A stretch of 47,325 nucleotides of DNA, the filler included, from Streblomastix strix (taxonomy: Eukaryota): the NCBI GenBank assembly GCA_008636045.1. It is 2 parts of 2 records of this genome, joined end to end, with 100 filler letters (N's around TTAATTAATTAA, not from the genome) between each part and the next. Parts side by side here need not be neighbours in the genome. Positions count along the whole stretch, not along the records: positions 23,740 to 47,325 come from SNRW01000270.1; 1 more part is not named here. One strand, written 5' to 3'. The notes under the pieces are model-generated. The model saw only the letters and a list, made by a program, of their open reading frames with translations. It did not search any database and was not told the origin of the DNA. Of the stretch, positions 32,001 to 47,000 are shown piece after piece. Both the position numbers and the translations under genes were made by a program. Position 1 is the first letter of the stretch. Each line of letters opens with the position of its first letter.

Positions 32001-35000
32001 TAAAATAAGGAAGTTCAATAAAGATTCAAGATTGTTAATTCTTTCAATGCAAAGGAACTAGAATTAGTGGAGGAGCCATTTCTCTGAATATTAATAACGG
32101 AGGATAAGTGACAATATCAAATTCTTCATTCGATCAATGTGAAGCTAGTGTTGGAGGTGGAATCTATGCATCAATACAAACCAGTGGAAAATTAACAATT
32201 GATGTATATTGTAATTTCACAGAATGCAAAGCTTCCGGCTCTGGCGGAGGAATTTATGCTTAGATTTATGGGATTAACAGTTTGCTCACATTAGAAGATG
32301 GATTGAAATTTGAAGGTTGTACCTTTGATAATATAAACAATGGAAATGGTAAAGGGGTTTACATTTATTTGGGAGATCAAGCGTCATGCATTATTAACAA
32401 AGTATTATTATTCAATTAAAATGATACATATGCTGGAGTTAGTGTTCATTTTTTTGGAGTTGATGATATATATCAAAAATTTAATGGAACATAATTTGTT
32501 AACTGTGATGCAATTTGGAATGGTGGCGGATTGTTTGCAGAAATATATTCTGAAAATTCTATTTTTGAATTAATTAGTACAATATTTGTGAATTGTTCAG
32601 CTTATGATGGAGGTGGAATATATTCAATAATTAATGATGGAGGACAAATAAATATTATTAATTAGTGTATATTCACAGAATGTAAAAGTACTTAATTTCA
32701 TGGAGGTGGAATTTATTCAGAAATAATAGATGGTACACTTAATATTGAAGATACAACATTTGATCGATGCACTTGCACTCAACCTGGGAATGGAGGAGGA
32801 ATAGCTTTGATTCAAGGATCATCATCAATAATATCAATCACAGATTCTTCATTTATTAATTGTAGAACAATTTCAAATTCATCTGATTAAAAATATGGCT
32901 GGGGAGGAGCAATATTCATAAATACTTAAGTTATAGCAACTTAGTTATCTTAATCAAATTTCTAATTGAGAGATCTTGTTTTCAGTGGATGTTCAGCAGT
33001 TAATTCAATCGGAAATAATCTTCATATTTAATCAGATAATACACTTGCAACTGGATTAGCTATAAAGAATGAAAATCTTCTTACAGTCAAAGACTTATCA
33101 AATCCTCCAAATATAATATCTGATCTTTACACATCTTCATCTTATGCATATGATTTTATGGGAATCAATTAATCTATTGAATCAGATAACCCAGGAACAA
33201 TCAATCTTGATCTTCATAATCCTCTATTCGAATAATTGTTTACATCGAATGTTCCAAATCCAACATATATTGATTCGATTAATGGAAAAGATATTAAATA
33301 TTGCGGAGGAATATAAACAATGTGCAAAACAATGAAATATTCAATAAATAGAGATCCAATTCCATTTTCAGAAACTCCACCACCAGATACAAATTATTCA
33401 ATAATATTAATTTCAAATACAGAACTTGATACTAATATTTAAATAACATCCACAACATTACTGAATCGATAAATTATAATTCAATCTGATGGATATTCAC
33501 CCGAAGTTGAAGAAGATAATTATACCAAATATTCAATAATAACTTCATTATTTAGCACTTCTCTCTTCACAATAACTTAAACAGGTCGTCTTTCACTTCT
33601 TGGGCTTCGTTTTTATAATCTTAATCCATCTGCAACAGCTCCACTTATTTTATTAAGAAGTGATAATAATAATTAAATTCCTCGATTAACTATAATTGAT
33701 TGTGAATTCAATTAAGATCAAACTCCAGATCCAATTCCATATCTCTCACATTCAATAATTTCAATTGTTGGAGGGTAAATAAAAATAACAAGAACTAAAA
33801 TTGAAAATTATCATTTTAATAATTAAAATAGTCTTATTATGATTAAATTCGACTAAATTTCAATTGGAATTTATAGAATAAATGAAATTGAAATAATCCA
33901 ATCAACAATCTCAAATATATCTCTTTCTGGAAGTGGGAATGGAGCAGCAATTAATGATTAATTATAAACAGGAAGTTTTTTAATGATTAATGATTCTGAA
34001 TTCATTTAATGCAAAGGGTCCGAGATTTATGGAGGAGCAATTTATCTAAGTATAAATAATGATGGAAATGTCACAATATCAAATTCATCATTCTATCAAT
34101 GCGAAGCTATAGATGGAGGTGGTATATTCGCACACGTTTATTCAGGTGGAAAACTAACAATTGATGGATAATGCGATTTCACTGAATGCAAATCTAGTTA
34201 TAACGGTGGAGGTGGTATCTCTTCTTCAATTACTGGATTGAATAGTTAACTCATTATAGATGATGGAGTGAAGTTCGAAGATTGTATTGTTGATAATTTT
34301 GAAGATCAAGGAAGTGGTGGAGGAATATATATTAATATTTGGAATCATGGATAGTGCATTATTAACAAAGTGCTGTTATGCAATTGCAGTTCTTATGAAG
34401 GTGGAGGTATATTTTAAAGTGGATATAATCAAATGAAGCAAATTTTTAATTGAACACAATTTTCAAACTGTGAAGCTGAATATTATGGAGGAGGGATGTG
34501 CGCCTTTATATCTGCAGAAAATTCAATATTAGAATTAATTGATGTAAAATTTGAGAATTGCTCATCCTTATATTATTAAGGAGGTGGTATTTTTATAGTT
34601 GTTAATTCTGGTGCATAACTTTCAATACCTTAATCATTTCAATTTAAGAATTGCAAAGCAAATTATGGAGGTGGATGCTGCTTATCGAGCTCATTTTCTT
34701 AAAGCATAATATAAATAAAAGGAGAATTTAGATTAGATAATTGTTCTGCATATTGTGGAGGTGGAATGTACTTATATATTCATAATTAAACAACTATTGA
34801 TATAAACAAGATGTAATTTGAAAACTGCAATGCTTTCTAATAAGGAGGAGGAATATTTTCAGATATTGATAGCAATTCTTAATTGATATTTTCTGGATAA
34901 TTTTCATTCATTAATTGCTAGAGTAATTATTTTGGTGGAGGAATTTATTCAATAATTATTGGAGGAGGATTATTAAGTATCAAAAATTAAAGCATACTCA

Positions 35001-38000
35001 CAGAATGTAAAACTTCATCAGGATCTGGTGGTGGAATTTTCTCTAATATAAGTTATGGCACACTTAATATAGAAGATACAACATTTGATCGATGTACTGG
35101 TAGTCAACCTGGGAATGGAGGAGGAATATCTTTGATTCACAAACCATCATCAATAATATCAATCACTAATTCATCATTTATTAATTGTAAAACAATTTCA
35201 AGTTCATCTGAATAAAGATATGGATGGGGAGGAGCAATATTTATTTATACTTCAATAATTGCAACTTAGTTATCATCATCAAATTTCTTGATGAGAGATC
35301 TTATTTTCAGTGGGTGCTAAGCAGTTAATTCAATTGGAAATAACTTACATATTCAATCTATTAATACATATTTAACTGGATAAGTTATAGAATTATAAAA
35401 TCTTCTTTCTGTGAATGAAACTGTAGATCTTTATTATAATAATAGCTATTAATAAGATTATATGGGAATTGATTAATCTAAAATTGGAGATGGAACAACA
35501 ATTAATAATAATATTCCTCTTTTCTCATTTCATGCATTAAAGTTTTGTATTGCCTACAACATTCCATTTGATTGTAATTGTCCAATTGATGATTCAAATG
35601 AATATACTTTAACATAATGTGAAGAAGATAATACATATCATTCACAGACAAAATGCAATGAAGATGATGGTGAATCAGTATAAACAAACACATGCATATG
35701 TAATGTTGGTTTCGCGCCTTAAGGATGCACATGTCCAAGAGATCCAGATTCATTATTAGGAGTTCCTATTTAATAGTGTTAATGCATAGGTGACGATGAT
35801 CTAAGACAAGGATTAACTTGCCCAATTACTCGAAACTGCACCTCAGGAAGTTAATTTATGCTTCCTTGCTTGTGTTCACCCGAATATTCTGGTGCAGGTT
35901 GTACATGCAGTTGGAATGTGAGTTAAATTTAATCTGGATATTAAACTAAATCTTCAATACAATCAGTAATAGATCTTCCTTGTTATAATTATGAAATTTA
36001 ACTTCTTGATTCTGAACACTCTGAATCTGTTAATATTTCTAAATAAAACGCATCTCGTCAAATATAATATTTTATAAAGGTTTACTATTATTTTATTTTA
36101 TTTTATTTTAATATTTTATTTTAATATTTTATATATTTATTATTATTATTTTTATTAATTTAATTATTAATTTAATTTATTTATTTCTCATTTATTTTAT
36201 ACAGGGTCGAGAGACAAACTAAGAATAAACTTAGACAATATGGAATATAGATTGTAATACAGGAAGAATGATTTATCTTATATATGGAGTTCTTACAGTA
36301 GAAAGAATCAATTTCCAATATACTTTAACTGAGAGTAATCCCTCATAATAACCTGATAATCCCATGATTTAAGTTTTTGGATATTATTATCCAACACCAT
36401 CATTAACAATAAATCATTGCAATTTCAAAGGAGATGGTTAAGATGGATATTAAATTTTTGGAATAATATATAATATTTTAGCATATTCAGTGAATATCAA
36501 TGAATGTTCATTCAAAGATGTAAATTCAAATTATTCTCCAATTAGAATATTTAATTGCTCTTCATTAATAATAAGTAAATGCAAGTTTGAGAGATTATAT
36601 TCATAAAGCTTTGCTGGTGCTTTTGAAGAAAATTATGGAATAAACAATGTTGAAATTTCAGAAAATGTATTTGAAGAATGTAAAGGATATTATTCTGGAG
36701 CTATTTATATAAACTCATCAATTTCATATTTATTAGCCTTAATCAAAATCAGAAATAATACGATTAATTTATGTGATGGTAATAACACAGGTGGTATTTA
36801 TATTAGTTATTATAATGAATAAAAACTTGAATTGAATAATAACTAATTTTGGGATAATACTTATAGTCCTCAAACTGGATTAAGTTAAGATGCATTAATT
36901 CGCAAATATGAAAATATTGAATAAATTTTAGATGCTGAATAATATTTTAAACCAAAATTTGATGAAAGTGTATCAAATCAACCTGGCACGGTTTATTATT
37001 AAATATCAGGAGTTAATGAAACATTTGGATGGTTTTCTCTAAATTAAGGAATTAAAACATGTACAGGAGGATCAGCTTTAGAACCAACTCCAAAAGGATG
37101 CATATGCTAATTAACTTAAAGCAAATAAGAATGTGCATGTAATGGTGATGATGATCCGAGATAAGGTTCAACTTGTCCAATAACACGAATTTGCGCTTCT
37201 GGAGATTAATTAGTTATCCCTTGCTTATGTTCATCTGAATATTCTGGTACAGGATGTACATGTATTTGGAATGTAAGTCAAACTACATCAGGATAAAATA
37301 TAAAGTCAACAATTCAGTCAGTTATTGATCTTACTTGTAGCTATTATTAAATGCAAATGATTGATACTTAACACACTGAAAGTGTAAATATTTCTAAATA
37401 AGGAAACTTTCTCATCATGGTATATAATAATTTATTATTATTTATTATTATTTAAATTTTATTAATTATTTATTTTTATTTAATATTTATATTTTTTATC
37501 CAGGGCCGAGATACATCTGATGGATAAGCACAGACAATTTAGAGTATTGACTTTAATTATGGACGAATGATTTATTAAAGATATGGTGATCTTACACTCG
37601 AAAGAATTGATTTCCAATATAATTTGAATGATAGTAATACTTCATATGTTCCTTCTTATCCATTGATTTATATTTATGGATATTTTCCTCCTTATCCATC
37701 ATTAATAATGAATCATTGTAATTTCTAAGGCTATAGATAATATGGATATGAACTCAAAGGAATAATAGATGTATATCGAGCAAATTCAGTGACGATCAAT
37801 GAATGTTCATTCAATGATATAAATTCAAGTTATTCATCTGTACAAATATCGGGATGTTCATCATTTTCAGTCAATAATTGTAAATTTGAGAGATTATAAT
37901 CATAGGAGTATTATGCTGGTGCTGTTTATTTATATGAAGGATTATATGTTGAAATATCTGGAAATATATTTGAAGAATGCAAAGGAGATGATATTGGAGC

Positions 38001-41000
38001 AATTTAAATTTCTTTATCAAATTCATTAGCAAATGCTTAAATCAAGATCTACAACAATATGATAAATTAATGCAGTGGTCGGAGTATAGGTGGTATTTAT
38101 ATTGAATATTAAAATAATTTATAAATACTTGAATTGAAGAATAATTAATTTTGGGATAATTCTTATAAACCACAATCTGGCTATAGTGAAGATGCAACAA
38201 TTATAAAATATAATAATAACGAATAAATTTCAAATGCAAAATTATATTTCAAATCACTATTTAATGGAAGTATATCAAATCAACTTGATAGTGTTTATTA
38301 TTAAATATCAGGAACAAGTTAAACCAGCGGATGGTTTTCACTTACTTAAGCCCAACAATGTAATGAAACATCTGACTCTCCAGAAACAGATGAATGTATT
38401 TGTAAATTAAATTAATCATAATAAGAATGTGCATGTTCTGAAGTTGGAGATCTTCGTAATGAATGTTCAAGTATTTCTAAAACTTGTGATGATCCAACAG
38501 TTGATTTGAGTAACATTCCTATATCCAGATGTTCATGTATATCTATTAATGATCCACGAGCAGGGGATTTCTGTCCTGTGATTAGTGAATGTTCCAATGA
38601 TTAAATAAATCCGAAATGCTTGTGTACATCAGAACATTAATCTCCTGGTTGCATTTGTACATAAAATGTTCATCCACAAGAATGTATTTGCGATTAAAGT
38701 TCAGATGCATTATTCCCATCAAATATTTGTTCTACAACAAAAACCTGTTCAGGATCATAAGGTGACGATGAATAAATTTCATAAGGATAATGCACATGCG
38801 GAGAAGGACATCATCCATATGGCTGTCTTTGCAAAGATTCAGAAGATATTGATTGTATCTGCCCATCTAATTTTGGATTTATATGTTCATGTAGTTGGAA
38901 TTTTAGTCAAACTTCAACAGAAGATAATATTAAATCATCAATTTAAACTGTTATTGATCTCACATGTGATAATTATGAAATATAATTGATTGATTCCGAA
39001 CACTCTGAATTTATTAACATTAATAATTAAGCAAACTTTCTTATTAAGGTATATAATAATTTACTGTATTTATTCTTATAATTAATTATTTTTTATTGTT
39101 TGAATTAATTTCTTACTAATTTATTAATTTATTTTTAACTAATATTTTATACAGGGAAGAGATATCTCTGATGGATAAGCACAGACAATTTGGAGAGCTA
39201 ATTTAAATTATGGAAGAATAATTAATCAAACATATGGTAATCTTACGCTTGAAAGAATTGACTTCCGATATAATTTAGCTGGCATTAATCCTTCATAATT
39301 ACAATAATTTTGTATGGTTGACGTTAATGGATATAATTCATCCACTTATCCATCATTAACAATAAATCATTGTAATTTCAAAGGTTTTGGTTAAGATGGA
39401 TATGAACTCAAAGGAATAATAGATGTATATCGAGCAAATTCAGTGACGATCAATGAATGTTCATTCAAAGATATAAATTCAAGTTATTCACCTGTACAAA
39501 TATCGGGATGTTCATCATTTTCAGTCAATAATTGCAAGTTTGAGAGATTATAATCATAGGAGTATTATGCTGGTGCTGTTTATTTATATGAAGGATTATA
39601 TGTTGAAATATCTGGAAATATATTTGAAGAATGCAATGGATATTATTCTGGAGCTATTTATTTAGTATTATTTGACTCATAAACAATAACATAAATCAAG
39701 ATCAATAACAATATTATTAATTTATGTTTTGGAAATTATACTGGTGGAATTAATATTAGGTATTATAATACTTAAATATTCGAATTGAAGAATAATTAAT
39801 TTTGGGATAATAGATATACTTCTAATTCTTAAAATTTCAGTTCTTCGATTGATGTTTATATTAATAAAAGTTATAATGATGTAGAAATTTAGGATGCAGA
39901 ACAATATTTTAAATCTTTGTTTGAAGGAAGTGTATCAAATCTACCTGATACCGTTTATTATAACATTTAAAGTAATAGTTCTGGATATTTTTCACTCAAT
40001 TAAGCAATTAAAACATGCACAGGAGGATCAGCTGAAGAACCAACTCCAAAAGGATGCATATGTTAATTAAGTAAAACTGAATAAGAATGTGCATGTTAAG
40101 AATATGATTAAAGAGAATCGTGCATTTGTCTTATTGTTGGAGACCCTCGCACTCATTGTATTGGACTTACAATTCCATCATGTGAAAAAGCGACACCCGA
40201 ATAACTAATAAATCTTTCAACGAATATTTGTGAATGTTATGAATTTGGAGATCCTCGAAGTGAATGTTCATAAAGTAAAAGTTGCGATGATCCATCAGCT
40301 AATATGAGTAATATACCAATATTGCTATGTGAATGTAATGGTGATAGTGATCCTCGTGCTGGAATAACATGCCCCGTGACTAGTGAATGTACAAATGATT
40401 AAATATCGCCGAAATGCTAATGTACATCAGAACATTAATCTCCAGGTTGTATTTGTACATAAATTGTTCGTCCACAAGATTGCATTTGCGATAATAGTTC
40501 AGATGCATTATTCCCATCAAATATTTGCTCTAGTACAAAGACCTGTTCAGGATCATAAGGTGACGATGAATAAATAACATAAGGATAATGCACATGTGGA
40601 TTTGGACATCATCCATCTGGTTGTATTTGCTAAGATGAAAATGATACAAATTGTTTATGTAATATTGATTTTTCTCCAATTGGATGTTAATGTCCTTCAA
40701 ATTCAGAATTTATTTGTACATGCCATTGGTATATGAGTCAGACTACATCTGAATATAATATTAAATAAACAATCCAATCTATCATTACTCTCATTTGTGA
40801 TTGTTATGAAATTTAATTACTCGATTCTTAACTCTCTGAATCTATTAACATTTTTAAATAAGGAAATTTTCTCATCAAGGTTTGTAATTAATTTATTGCT
40901 TTTATTCTTATTATTTATTAATTTTTTATTTTATTATTTAAACTAATTTATTATTTACTATTTCATTTTTATATTTTAATAATTTTTTTAGGGAAGAGAG

Positions 41001-44000
41001 ATAACCGAAGGATAAGATTAGACAATTTGGAGTTACTATTTTAATTATTGGTATATAATTAAACAAACATCTGGTGATCTTACACTTGAAAGTATTGATT
41101 TCTAATATGATTTAACTAAAAGTAATACTACATCATAACCAAAATTTTCTATGATTGACGTTGATGGGTATTAATCAAATTCTTTTCCATCATTAACAAT
41201 TAATAATTGTAATTTCTAAGGATTTGGTTAAGATGGATATCAATTAAAAGGAATATTAGAAGTATATTTATCAAATTCAATAATAATCAATGAATGTTCA
41301 TTCAAAGATATAAATTCAAATTATTCACCAATTGAAATAATCTATTGCACATCATTGTCTGTCACAAACTGTAATTTTAAAAAATTATAATCTTAATACA
41401 GGGCAGGTACTATTTATACATAAATTGAATTAAATGTTGAAATATCTGGAAATATATTTGAAGAATGTAAAAGAGATGATATTGGAGTAATTTTAATTTC
41501 TTTATCAAATTCATAAACATTTGCTTAAATTAAGATAAATAACAATATGATAAATTTATGTAGTGGTAATTGGACAGGTGGAATTAATATTTATTATTAT
41601 AATGCATAAACACTTGAAATGAATAATAATTAATTTTGGGATAATTAGAATTCTCAAAATAACCGTGGATAAGATGCAATGGTTCACAAATAAAATAATA
41701 ACGAAGAAATTAAAGATGCTAATTAATATTTCAAATAATTATTTAATGGTAGTATATCCAATCAACTAAACACTGTTTCTTATTCAGTATCAGATTTTAA
41801 TGGATAAATTATCTTATAAGGATGGTTTTCACTTACTTAAGCCTTACCATGTAATGAATCATCTGACTACCCAGAAACAGATGAATGTATTTGTAAATTA
41901 AATTAATCATAATAAGAATGTGCATGTTCTGAAGTTGGAGATCTTCGTAATGAATGTTCAAATATTACTAAAGCTTGCGACGATCCATCTGTTGATTTGA
42001 GTAATATTCCTATTGATAGATGCTCATGTATATCTATTAATGATCCACGAGCAGGGGATTTCTGTCCTGTGATTAATGAATGTACAAATGATTAAACAAA
42101 TCCGAAATGCTTATGTACTTAAGAACATTAAGGCTCTGGTTGTATTTGTACATTAACTGTTCATCCACAAGAATGTATTTGTGATTAAAGTTCAGATGCA
42201 TTATTCTCATAAGATATTTGCTCTAGTACAAAGATATGCACAGGACCATAAGGTGATGATGAATAAATTTCATAAGGATAATGCACATGCGGAGAAGGAC
42301 ATCATCCAATTGATTGTCTTTGCAAAGATTCTGATGATAGTAATTGTATCTGCCCATCTAATTTTGGATTTATTTGTACATGTCGTTGGAATGTTAGTCA
42401 AACTTCAACAGAAGATAATATTAAATCATCAATTTAAACTGTAATTCATCTCACATGTGATAATTATGAAATCCAATTGCTTGATTCCGAACACTCTGAA
42501 TTTATTAACATTAATAATTAAGCAAACTTTCTTATTAAGGTATATAATAATTTACTGTATTTATTCTTATAATTAATTATTATTTATTATTACTTAAATT
42601 AAAATTTTATTAATTTATTTTTAACTAATATTTTATACAGGGTAGATAGACAATCGGAGAATAAGCGTAGACAATTTGGAGCTATAATTTTAATTATGGA
42701 CCAATAATTTAGTTAACATCTGGCGATCTTACACTCGAAAAAATTGATTTTCAATATAATTTAACAAATAGTAATCCTTCATATGTTCCTTAATATCCAA
42801 TGATTTTTGTTTATGGATTTTTTCCTTCTTATCCATCATTAACGATGAATCATTGCAATTTCAAAGGAGATGGCTAATATGGATATAAAATTTATGGAAT
42901 AATATAATCATCATTAGCAAATTCGATGATAATTAATGAATGTACATTCAAAGATATAAATTCATATTCTTTACCAATTGAAATACATAGATGTTCTTCA
43001 TTGTCTGTCACAAACTGTAAATTTGAGAGATTATAATCATAGGAGTATTATGCTGGTGTTATTAATACATTTGAAGTGATAAATATGAAAATTATAGGAA
43101 ATATATTTGAAGAATGTAAAGGATATTATTCTGGAGCGATTTATATATATACATCAAATTTTTAAACATTAATTTAAATTAAGATCAACAATAATATGTT
43201 TAATTTATGCTATGGTTATTAAACAGGTGGATTCTATATTTTATATAATAATTTATAAATAATTGAATTGAAGAATAATTAATTTTGGGATAATTATAAT
43301 TCTCAAACTGGCTTTGGTTAAGATGCTTATGTCAATAAAAATAATAATGACGAAGAAATTTAAGATCCAGAATAATATTTCAAATCACTATTTGTTGGAA
43401 GTGTTTCAAATTAACCAGAAACTGTTTATTATAATATACCAGAATAATATGGATAAACTATTTAAGAAGGATATTTTTCTCTAAATTAATCTTAACCATG
43501 CTCAGATTAATCATCTAAAGAACCAACTCCAGAAGGGTGTATTTGTAAACTAAGTCAAACTGAATAAAAATGCATTTGCCAAGAAAATGATTAAAGATAA
43601 TCATGCGTATGTTTACCTGTTGGAGATTCTCGTATTCATTGTATTGGACATACAACTCCATGTAATTAATCTGATTTAACAAACATATCAATATCTATAT
43701 GTGAATGTCGCTCAACTGGAGATTTAAGAGCAGGCTAATCAACTCCAGGCATTAGTTGTCCCTCGTATTGCACAGGACCTTTTTCTCCAAACTCAGATTG
43801 TGTTTGTGATACAGAATCAACAGAATATCCATTTGCATAATGTTAATCAGAACAGAAATGCGCAGCTTATTCTGATTAAACTGTTGAAGTTGATACTTGC
43901 AGATGTTCTGCGTTAAATCATCCAATCAATTGCAAGTGCCCTATAAATTCAACAGATTTAATTGGAATTTCTTAAGAAAGATGTGAATGCTTACCTAATA

Positions 44001-47000
44001 ATGATCCCAGAGCAGGTGGAATCTGTCCAATTACTGAAGAATGTTCTATTGACATAATTGAACCATCAACTCGAGGATGTTTCTGCACTGAAGATTATCA
44101 AGAAGAAGGATGCACATGCACATCTTAATTCCATCCAACAGGTTGCATTTGCTCCAGTTCAAGTGATGATAATTGCGTTTGTTCAACAATTATTCCAAAT
44201 AATCCAACTGGATGTATACTCAAACAATGCAATTTAAATTCTTTTCCTAAAGTGACTGATAGTTCCTGTGAATGCACTTTTGAGTTTCATCCTGAGGGCT
44301 GTACTTGTAATATGAAAGATAAATAATAATATCCACTTGAATAAACTCTAGGGTGCCTAAGAAGTATTCCTGTATGAAAACTATTTTTATTTATTGTATT
44401 TAATAATTTGACTAATATATTTTCAAATTTATTTTTATTTTTCTATTTTTATTTTTCTATTTATATTCTTTATTTGTTTAGCTCACTTTTACAGAGAAAA
44501 ACACAACAATTGATCTCATTGTTAATTATCTATCTGGGTATTCATAGCTAGACACTAGTCTCAATCCACCAGGTCCATCAATTGGATATGGTAATCATTC
44601 AGTTGATATTATTGGAGGACTTGAAGAGATAAATTCAAGTACAAAATATACTAACACATTTGATTTCTATGAAGATATAATGGTTCTTCTTAACAAACTT
44701 AAAGATCCAAGTACAATTTTTATTCCACCTTGTGTATAGAAATTCAGTTATCAAGTTGCTGATACAAGAATGCATAAGAACGCATCAGACAATTCATATT
44801 ATGTTACGATTGATAATGATTAATATGTTGTAAAATACATCAACTGGAAAGGTCTTCCAATCTTTAAGAATGATGGAAATGAATTGAATGAAGGAACTTA
44901 ATTACCACTTGATGCAATCCTATAATTTGCAGATGAAGAAGTGTCAATATCCAGAAATCCTATTGCCAGATTGAATCGAGCACTTTAAAGAAATTTAGTA
45001 TAAAGAAATGCATAATTCTTCAAACACCCCGAATCTGAAAATATCACAATTTAAGTGGTTTAACCTAGTGGATAAAATGGAATATGGAATAGATCAGTGA
45101 AAGTCCGTGTTTCTGGTGATGTCAACTAATTAAAAGATGAATGTTCAATTCATTCAGATTTTGCAATTTAATCTTTATTAAAGAATAATAAATATGAGAA
45201 TAAAGATGGAATTTTAATGAAAATGAAATCAGGAATTAAAAATATTTGGAATAAAATGACAAATAAAACAATTGATTTAAATTTTAAAGAAAAGAAACAA
45301 AGTAATGAAGATGCTGAAATTAAGAATGAAAAACAAATTGAATAATTAATTCATTAATTTTAATAAGAATAACTGAAAATTGATCGAAATCTTGAAGAAA
45401 TACTTCGTCCAAAACTACTTAATAATAATTCAGATATTATAGCCAAATCCAATCAAACATTAAATTCATAATCAAATGTTGAATTTCCTTCTTACTAAAA
45501 ATTCGCCACATTTCCTGCTACTGGAACAGCTGAGATTATTGCTTTTCATGTACCAGATCTTGATCTTGGTGTATTGATTATTACAACTTTCTTAACAGAA
45601 TCAAAAGAATAATTTTCATAAGCTATATTTGAAATAATTGATAATTTCTCAAGTTCAAGTAGTGGTCATAAAGTAAACAAACTTCTTATTGATATTCGCG
45701 GGAATTATGGAGGTGATGTTGGAATTGTGAGACAAACACTCAACTTTCTGTTTCCATAAGCTGGTTTCCCAATTTATCAGACTGTTGATCAGATCAAAAC
45801 ACCAATCAACGAATAAATTGCGAAGTTGACTGAATATGTTACATAATTATAGTCCAATGTTAATGATATCGCTGTTGATATAGAAACATTGTAACCAAAA
45901 CCATCATTCTATAACAGTGGAAATCGATAACGCACAACAACATCTTCAGATGGATTGAAGTCAATTACAGTAAATATTACGGATAAATTTGTTCAATATA
46001 TGGGAAATTAAGATTTTTATCTTAATTTAACAAAAGATTGGAATCTGAAAAGAAAAGAATTATTTTCGCCTTAGAATGTTCTTATTTTGACAGATGGAAA
46101 TTGTGGTGGAACCTGTTCACAATTTGTGAAACATATTGGATAAAAACATCTTGCAAGAGTCTGCATAATTATATTATTTTGAATGATTTTGGTATTTATA
46201 TTGTTTTTATATTATTTTTACTATTATAGATTGCTGGAATAGGACTTCCTGATCCTCGTAATCCAAACACAAGATTTGATGTATCAATGGGCACACTTGG
46301 AGGCAAATGCGATGTTTAAAGAGTGCAATTATTTAAAGGAACATAATTCGATTAATATATAACTGTAGAAAAAGATAAACTTCCAAAGAATCTATATCGT
46401 GAAGGTACATAATTATTATGGTCTGATAGAGGAGGATATGGTTTCACCGAATAAACGAAAGATTATTTGATGGAATATTTGATTGTAGATGCAGATTTCA
46501 GAGTAGAACGCGAACCATATAATGATACCAACTCAGATGAATCACTAATCTAATTGTATGTAGAAGTAATTGAAAGATTGAATGAAATACTCAATAGTGA
46601 AGAATAATAACCAAAGAAATGCCTTGCATGGGAAGTAGATGTTGTTGGAGCAGAAGAAGATGAGAATTGTAGAGGATGTTCAAATGGAGATTAATATGCG
46701 ATCTTTGGTTATCCTTGTTCAACGCGAGGATAAACTAATGATGATGAATCACCTTCAGTTGGATAAATTGATACTGAAAATTGTATTTTCTCGCATTGCA
46801 AAGTCGGATATTACAGAAAGAGTGTTGAGATTAGCGAAGGAATATTTTCAGAGTAATGTATAAAGATTCCAACTGGTCCAAATCAGTAAGAATCAGATAT
46901 CACACCAACCTATCCAAATGATGTATTTTCTGATAATGATATATGCTAATGTTCATCAATTTATGATGAAACAGACGGATTTCCAAGAACATGTACATGC

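Noticed and set aside
30413..34453. TGA as selenocysteine or Trp
   Set aside because: Comparable positions in sister motifs encode Arg/Asn and Gly rather than Cys or Trp, and all other genes terminate at TGA.
38666..42444. Repeated off-frame ORFs (VQMHYSH...KDNAHAEKDII)
   Set aside because: They are alternative-frame readings of the duplicated Cys-rich modules.
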